Made by a program: the position numbers and the translations under genes. Positions 38,222-42,490 of a DNA stretch of 42,490 nt are shown here, one piece after another (the first letter of the stretch is position 1; each line of letters begins with the position of its first letter). Origin of the DNA: a virus. Lineage: Duplodnaviria > Caudoviricetes. The DNA lies in the IMG/VR virus record IMGVR_UViG_3300027804_000008, positions 1 through 42,490 of that record, one strand, 5' to 3'. The notes below the pieces were generated by a model. The model was given only the letters and a program-made list of their open reading frames with translations. It made no database searches and was not told the DNA's origin.

Positions 38222-38418
38222 TTAGCACTAGTACCGATTATTTCAAAAAGTATTTTTATATTGCTTTTTAATGTTGTGTTTTCAAGTTCAATATTTACTA
38301 ATCTATTTTCTAATTCAGTTATTCTCTCAAATATAATTTTTTCTTCAAACATTGGTTTTTGCAAATCTAAATTTATCCTTCTATCTGTTTTATCAGTTAA
38401 TAACATAATGTTAATCAA
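38218..38418 (-). CDS. Small coiled-coil protein, first gene of the late operon
   Basis: Just downstream of the promoter at 38436-38464; start codon uncertain. Confidence 0.55.
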   Translation of the reverse strand: MINIMLLTDKTDRRINLDLQKPMFEEKIIFERITELENRLVNIELENTTLKSNIKILFEIIGTSAK

Positions 38419-38435
38419 TTTTTATTTAAAGACTT

Positions 38436-38464
38436 ATTGTAGCACAACTCTATCTAAATGTCAA
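38436..38464 (-). promoter_or_regulatory. sigma70-type promoter for the late operon
   Basis: TTGACA-17 bp-TACAAT with extended -10 TGn. Confidence 0.7.
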
Positions 38465-38490
38465 ATTTACCTAAATAATCAAATGACGAG

Positions 38491-38576
38491 TTTTAAGCTA
38501 CCATAGGAGCGTAAGTCTATTTGTAATGATAGTTTCCCTATTAAATTTTAAATTACGCTCCTATGGTGGCTTAAAA
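38491..38576. repeat. 24-bp inverted repeat (1 mismatch) with a 38-nt spacer
   Basis: TTTTAAGCTACCATAGGAGCGTAA (38491-38514) and TTACGCTCCTATGGTGGCTTAAAA (38553-38576). Confidence 0.9.
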
Positions 38577-38579
38577 TGG

Positions 38580-38813
38580 CTAAAAACTGTATTTTTTATT
38601 AAAATCTATGTAGACTTCTATTAATTCTAGCGTCTTAACCATTAAATTTAATTCTTTAGCTGCATAATTGATATGCTTTGAAGTTGTCTGACTCCAATAA
38701 CCTAACCTCCATAAAGTTCTATTTTTAATATCAATCTCGGCAACTTTCGTGCCGTATGAATAAACAAAAAAATCATCGTAGCTTAAATTTTGTCTGTATT
38801 TGATAAATTTCAT
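38580..38813 (-). CDS. Conserved phage hypothetical protein (YSY.T.VA...S.TTSKH family)
   Basis: AGAGGT RBS, own promoter, motif seen in many phage early genes. Confidence 0.7.
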   Translation of the reverse strand: MKFIKYRQNLSYDDFFVYSYGTKVAEIDIKNRTLWRLGYWSQTTSKHINYAAKELNLMVKTLELIEVYIDFNKKYSF

Positions 38814-38843
38814 AAAAATAACCTCTTTTATTGTTGTAATTCA

Positions 38844-38872
38844 ATAATATAATTGTTTCTAATTGTTGTCAA
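38844..38872 (-). promoter_or_regulatory. Leftward sigma70 promoter (twin of 39448-39476)
   Basis: TTGACA-17 bp-TATTAT with AT-rich UP element. Confidence 0.75.
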
Positions 38873-38969
38873 TAGGTATTTTTATTAAATTTAAAAATAT
38901 TTCTGATAATTTGAAAATGACGACCACGGCTTTAATAAAAAATATTTTTAAATTATCAAAAATTTGTTG

Positions 38970-38999
38970 TTGACATATCCACAAAAGGAATCGTATGAT
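38970..38999 (+). promoter_or_regulatory. Possible rightward sigma70 promoter overlapping near-consensus DnaA boxes
   Basis: TTGACA-18 bp-TATGAT; ATATCCACA and TGATTCACA overlap it. Confidence 0.45.
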
Positions 39000-39405
39000 T
39001 CACAGATAAAATTTAACTAAAAAAAGTTATCCACAAAGTTATCCACATAAAAACTGTTTATAACACTGGCTTAGAAGGAGTTATCCACAAAGTTATCCAC
39101 AATTTTAAAAAAAGTGTGAATAAGGTGAATAAGGTGAAGATATAAAAACAGTTATTCACACACATCTCAACATCAGTCTACAAAAGGCTTTCAAAACATC
39201 TATGTGAATAAGGTGAAGATATTTTCCTATCTTTATACGCGTATATATTTTACCTTTATTTTTTTCTTATATATTATATACTTATTCACCTTATTCACCT
39301 TATTAACAAAATATATATAAAATAAAGGGTTGGAAATATGTGAATAAGGTGAATAAGGTGAAGAACTACTTATAAATTTGTGAATAAGGTGAATAAGGTG
39401 AAGAA
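38975..39405. repeat. Putative replication origin: DnaA-box array plus 9-mer iterons
   Basis: TTATCCACA at 39027, 39039, 39081, 39093; TTATTCACA at 39152; TGTGAATAA at 39115, 39203, 39339, 39379; tandem GGTGAATAA/GGTGAAG units, with an inverted set at 39282-39308; central AT-rich tract. Confidence 0.8.
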
Positions 39406-39447
39406 ATATTTACATAAAAATATTTTTAAATTTAATGAAAATATCTA

Positions 39448-39476
39448 TTGACAACATTTAGAAACTATTGTATAAC
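39448..39476 (+). promoter_or_regulatory. Rightward early sigma70 promoter
   Basis: TTGACA-17 bp-TATAAC with AT-rich UP element. Confidence 0.75.
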
Positions 39477-39558
39477 AGACTTAACAAGAAATTTATGTGC
39501 AACCTTTTCTTGTAGAAGTAAAGTTAAATACAATCAACAATTAAAGAGAGATAAAATT

Positions 39559-40122
39559 ATGTTAACAAAACAATTCTCCGGAATACACATTGAACCTTTT
39601 TATAAACAACATTACTTACCAAGATTTGAGTTAAACAAGAGATTTGACGATGGTAAAACAGAATTGATTATCCCTGATTTCATTCTTGAAAATAATTTAA
39701 AGGATGGTTACGACATTAAACTCAAATACAACACAAATAAATATGACAGTTTTTTGGATTATGTCCAAGATAAATATGATGTGCTTTATTATGAAGCTAA
39801 AGACTTTTTAGAAGCTGACTGTTTAATGTATAACTATGTGTATGAGCCTCGTATATATGATGAAGAGATTGCTGACCTTTGCAGATTCATACCTTTTGAA
39901 ATACAGACTGAAGATGAAGATTTACAGCTTTTGTCTTTTGGAGGTTGTGGTATGGACTTTACATACAAACTTGAAGCATATCAGTTACTAGCTGACGGTT
40001 CTTACGATGAACGCTCTTACTTTGTTGAAAAAGGTATTAGTTATTTTGAATATTATTACGGCAAGGATAGTAAAGTAGTAAAAGAGATTAACAAATTGCT
40101 TGAAAACAGTAAGGCAGCTTAA
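39559..40122 (+). CDS. First early protein (187 aa, GGCGMD motif); likely start ATG 39559
   Basis: AAGAGAG RBS; the ORF-track TTG start at 39448 is the -35 box. Confidence 0.75.
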   Translation: MLTKQFSGIHIEPFYKQHYLPRFELNKRFDDGKTELIIPDFILENNLKDGYDIKLKYNTNKYDSFLDYVQDKYDVLYYEAKDFLEADCLMYNYVYEPRIYDEEIADLCRFIPFEIQTEDEDLQLLSFGGCGMDFTYKLEAYQLLADGSYDERSYFVEKGISYFEYYYGKDSKVVKEINKLLENSKAA

Positions 40123-40139
40123 AAGATAGGTAGAACAAT

Positions 40140-40637
40140 ATGAAAAATAAATTGTATAGTGAATATTTAATAGATGGTAAATGTGAGTATTATATTGATA
40201 GAAATTTTAATAAAATATCAGAAATTTTCGAGTATTTTTGTAAGAATAACTTACTAAAAAAATTAAATTATGTTGATAAAGACGGATTACAATTAGTGGT
40301 AGGTCGTGATTATTTAGCAATAAGAAAATCTGATGATAGGGGAATAGTATATGAAGTTGAGAATAAAAATTTCAATGGAATAACTAGAAATATACCTATT
40401 TCATATTTATTCAACGTTACTGCAAAATCAGATGAATTTATACAAATTTCAAATAATTTAAAAAATTTAATATCTGCCGATAATCTTTTTGTAAAAAAAT
40501 GTAGAGGTTTTAAAAAATATAAATTTGTTAAGTTTTTATTAAACAGTCAGAAGAAAGAACATAAAGAAACATACGACCATTTAAAGCAATTCTTATATTT
40601 TTTACATAAAGAATTAGAAGTTAAATGGAATTTTTAA
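40140..40637 (+). CDS. Hypothetical early protein (165 aa)
   Basis: AGGT RBS; co-oriented. Confidence 0.65.
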   Translation: MKNKLYSEYLIDGKCEYYIDRNFNKISEIFEYFCKNNLLKKLNYVDKDGLQLVVGRDYLAIRKSDDRGIVYEVENKNFNGITRNIPISYLFNVTAKSDEFIQISNNLKNLISADNLFVKKCRGFKKYKFVKFLLNSQKKEHKETYDHLKQFLYFLHKELEVKWNF

Positions 40638-40688
40638 TAAATTACTTTTGAATAAGAAAACAGCTTAGAATTAATTAGGTAAAATAAT

Positions 40689-41087
40689 ATGAGCAAATTT
40701 GAAATAAACTTTTTTAGTTTAACTGAAATTGACAGAAAATATAAAGAAGAAATATTTTATTATTATAGTTTAAAACTATCAACACTAGAAGACGTAAAGA
40801 GCTTTTTTGCATCAGATTTTTATAATAATGCTTGTGAAGATATTGGAGGAATCGGTGATGGGGTTGTAATTACTGAAAACGACAAGATTATATACAAGGA
40901 AATAAATGCTGGAATATTTGATAATAAATTCTTGATTTATAGAAATAGTGAGGATGAACTATTTTATATAGAGCAACAAGAGGGGGATATTGAAGATAAA
41001 GATCTTGTTATTGTAGATAAATATAATATAGCTGGACACGGGTATTGTTTTGAAGAGGTAGATATTAAAGAAGAGGTTATAGTATGA
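40689..41087 (+). CDS. Early protein, paralog family member A
   Basis: LKLSTLEDVKSFFASDFY motif. Confidence 0.65.
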   Translation: MSKFEINFFSLTEIDRKYKEEIFYYYSLKLSTLEDVKSFFASDFYNNACEDIGGIGDGVVITENDKIIYKEINAGIFDNKFLIYRNSEDELFYIEQQEGDIEDKDLVIVDKYNIAGHGYCFEEVDIKEEVIV

Positions 41088-41356
41088 AGCTAAAACATTT
41101 AAAACTTAATGAAAAGAAAATAACTAAAAATAGTTATGATATTTTAAATTCTGAACCAGCTATTTTATTTTTTAGTTCTTCAAGACAAGGCGACTATAAA
41201 GATAAATTGAAATTTATATGCTTAAATGATTTAAAATATTTCATTGATAGTTCAACATTCAATTATTTATTTAATAATGAATATATTGACTACATTAAAG
41301 TAACTCAAGGAAGAAAAACAATATTTGAATACGATAATAGGGAGGTAATAGCATGA
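41084..41356 (+). CDS. Early protein, paralog family member B
   Basis: LKFICLNDLKYFIDSSTF motif; GAGG RBS. Confidence 0.65.
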   Translation: MKLKHLKLNEKKITKNSYDILNSEPAILFFSSSRQGDYKDKLKFICLNDLKYFIDSSTFNYLFNNEYIDYIKVTQGRKTIFEYDNREVIA

Positions 41357-41532
41357 GTAAAGGAAATAGAAAGAAATACGATTATATAGATGATAATTAC
41401 ACTCTAGCAGAAATTGACGCAGAGATTAATTATGATGAAAAACAGGCTTTAGCAAGATATAGACAGATTGTAGAGAATAGAAAGAAAACTGAAAATACTT
41501 CTTGTGATAGTCTTTTGTACTTTTTAAATTAA
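41353..41532 (+). CDS. Small hypothetical protein (59 aa, MSKGNRKK...), not in ORF track
   Basis: GGAGG RBS, ATGA overlap. Confidence 0.6.
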   Translation: MSKGNRKKYDYIDDNYTLAEIDAEINYDEKQALARYRQIVENRKKTENTSCDSLLYFLN

Positions 41533-41548
41533 TGAATAGGTATATAAA

Positions 41549-41827
41549 ATGAGCAGATTTGAAAAACTATTATTAGAAGAAAACCTAGTATACGGCAATC
41601 AACAATCTAAATATGAAATGAGGGTAATACATATACCTAATAAAGGTAAAAATGCTTCTGACGATGATATAATCCATAGCGAATTACAATTTACAAGCTT
41701 AACTGATTTCAACTTCTTTTTGTTATCAGACCATTACGACAAAATAGTTAAAAGTACTGACGATAGAATAATAGTTGTTAATCTTGAAACGGACGAGATT
41801 GTTTTTGATACTGATAGAGACGATTAA
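41549..41827 (+). CDS. Early protein, paralog family member C
   Basis: LQFTSLTDFNFFLLSDHY motif. Confidence 0.65.
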   Translation: MSRFEKLLLEENLVYGNQQSKYEMRVIHIPNKGKNASDDDIIHSELQFTSLTDFNFFLLSDHYDKIVKSTDDRIIVVNLETDEIVFDTDRDD

Positions 41828-41840
41828 GGAGATATATAAA

Positions 41841-41939
41841 ACGAGCGATATTGAATTGATTATACTAGTCCACGAAATACTACTTATTGTTGGGCTAATA
41901 GGACTTGGTTTTAACTTATATTATAATTTTAAGGATTAA
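41841..41939 (+). pseudogene. 32-aa TM peptide ORF beginning with ACG (non-canonical or mutated start)
   Basis: AAGGAG RBS 9 nt before ACG-AGC-GAT...; open to the TAA ending at 41939. Confidence 0.4.
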
Positions 41940-41943
41940 TAGA

Positions 41944-42060
41944 ATGAATATGAACTATATAATAGCTATCATAATTATAGCAATAACAGGTTTTTACTTT
42001 GAGTTTTACCACAATAAAGACAGGGTAATTGACGATAGAATTTTAGAATGTATGAGGTAA
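41944..42060 (+). CDS. Small TM peptide (38 aa)
   Basis: AAGGA RBS; hydrophobic N-terminus. Confidence 0.5.
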   Translation: MNMNYIIAIIIIAITGFYFEFYHNKDRVIDDRILECMR

Positions 42061-42064
42061 TAAA

Positions 42065-42301
42065 ATGAACTTATTTAATAATATAACAAGACTTAAGGAA
42101 GCTTTGAAAATTCAAGCTGATAGAGAATACAGACAATTAATTGAAAAGGCAGTTAACCTTGATATTAACGACTTTGACTACTCTACTTATGATCCGCAAG
42201 GACTAAGACATAAAATAGGTGAGAAGTTGAATGAGATATCTGCTAATGAAAATAGAAATTTGAGAATGGATTTTTATAATATGAATAGTAGAGGATGTTA
42301 G
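42065..42301 (+). CDS. Hypothetical protein (78 aa)
   Basis: GAGGT RBS. Confidence 0.65.
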   Translation: MNLFNNITRLKEALKIQADREYRQLIEKAVNLDINDFDYSTYDPQGLRHKIGEKLNEISANENRNLRMDFYNMNSRGC

Positions 42302-42303
42302 GT

Positions 42304-42372
42304 ATGAGTATAGTAACAATATTATGTATTTGTTATTTTTGGGCGGTTATTTGTCAAATATTTGATTTATAG
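42304..42372 (+). CDS. Tiny hydrophobic peptide (22 aa) running into the terminal repeat
   Basis: MSIVTILCICYFWAVICQIFDL*; its stop overlaps the RBS of ORF 23. Confidence 0.4.
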   Translation: MSIVTILCICYFWAVICQIFDL

Positions 42373-42490
42373 GAGGTTATTAATTATGTCAAATAATTTG
42401 GTTGTAATTGAAGAGCCATTAACTTTACATCTAGAAGACCACAGTAATAACATATATTTAACCTACAATACTAAACAAATTGATTTAAAA
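42364..42490. repeat. Terminal direct repeat, right copy
   Basis: Identical to 1-127. Confidence 0.95.

Noticed and set aside
863-38506. Other short antisense or nested ORFs in the track (e.g. 863-, 2321-, 2944-, 5179-, 6388-, 8675-, 13514+, 15086+, 19677+, 27073+, 29480+, 30651+, 33668+, 35768+, 35782-, 36273+, 37840+, 38192+)
   Set aside because: They overlap better-supported genes and have no recognisable motifs
39025-39405. CRISPR array
   Set aside because: Units are 9-26 bp, irregularly spaced and in both orientations; the DUF2800 Cas4-like gene is a standard phage replication gene with no cas operon
39448-39558. N-terminal 37 codons of the ORF-track gene 39448..40122
   Set aside because: The TTG is part of the TTGACA -35 box; an RBS precedes ATG 39559
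42364-42490. Physical direct terminal repeats of the virion DNA
   Set aside because: The length is exactly 127 nt (a typical k-mer overlap), it cuts through coding sequence, and a PBSX-type terminase suggests headful packaging
1-42490. Stop-codon recoding, tRNA genes or a lysogeny module
   Set aside because: Genes tile densely under the standard code using all three stops; no cloverleaf, integrase or CI-like gene was recognised

Overview
The window is a complete, very AT-rich dsDNA phage genome. Bases 1-127 repeat exactly at 42364-42490, so it assembles as a circle with a 42,363-bp unit. Two divergent transcription units start from a repeat-rich control region at about 38.8-39.5 kb and converge on a bidirectional terminator at about 11.55 kb. 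The + strand carries many small early genes and a replication module: AEP-PriCT2-VapE primase-helicase, Cas4-like DUF2800 nuclease, DUF2815 SSB, family-B DNA polymerase, degenerate HNH-AP2, VRR-NUC, a cold-shock protein and an SNF2 helicase. The - strand carries a podovirus-type late operon: TerS, PBSX-type TerL, P22-like portal, scaffold, N4-gp56-like capsid, adaptor, nozzle, three paralogous fibre proteins, a GNAT-like protein, three ejection proteins, and a holin/lysozyme/spanin lysis cassette (so the host is Gram-negative). No integrase, CI-type repressor, tRNA, CRISPR or reverse transcriptase is visible. Three things stand out. (1) An 8-gene cassette sits between TerL and the portal and begins with a patatin phospholipase with intact catalytic motifs. 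(2) In that cassette one fibre motif is split across two successive gene junctions, suggesting head-to-tail chaining of fibre subunits. (3) The origin region holds nine consensus DnaA boxes plus iterons, enclosed by a 56-bp inverted repeat made of two near-identical divergent sigma70 promoters. A Rickettsiales-like intracellular host is plausible but is inference only. Family assignments come from motif recognition, not database searches.
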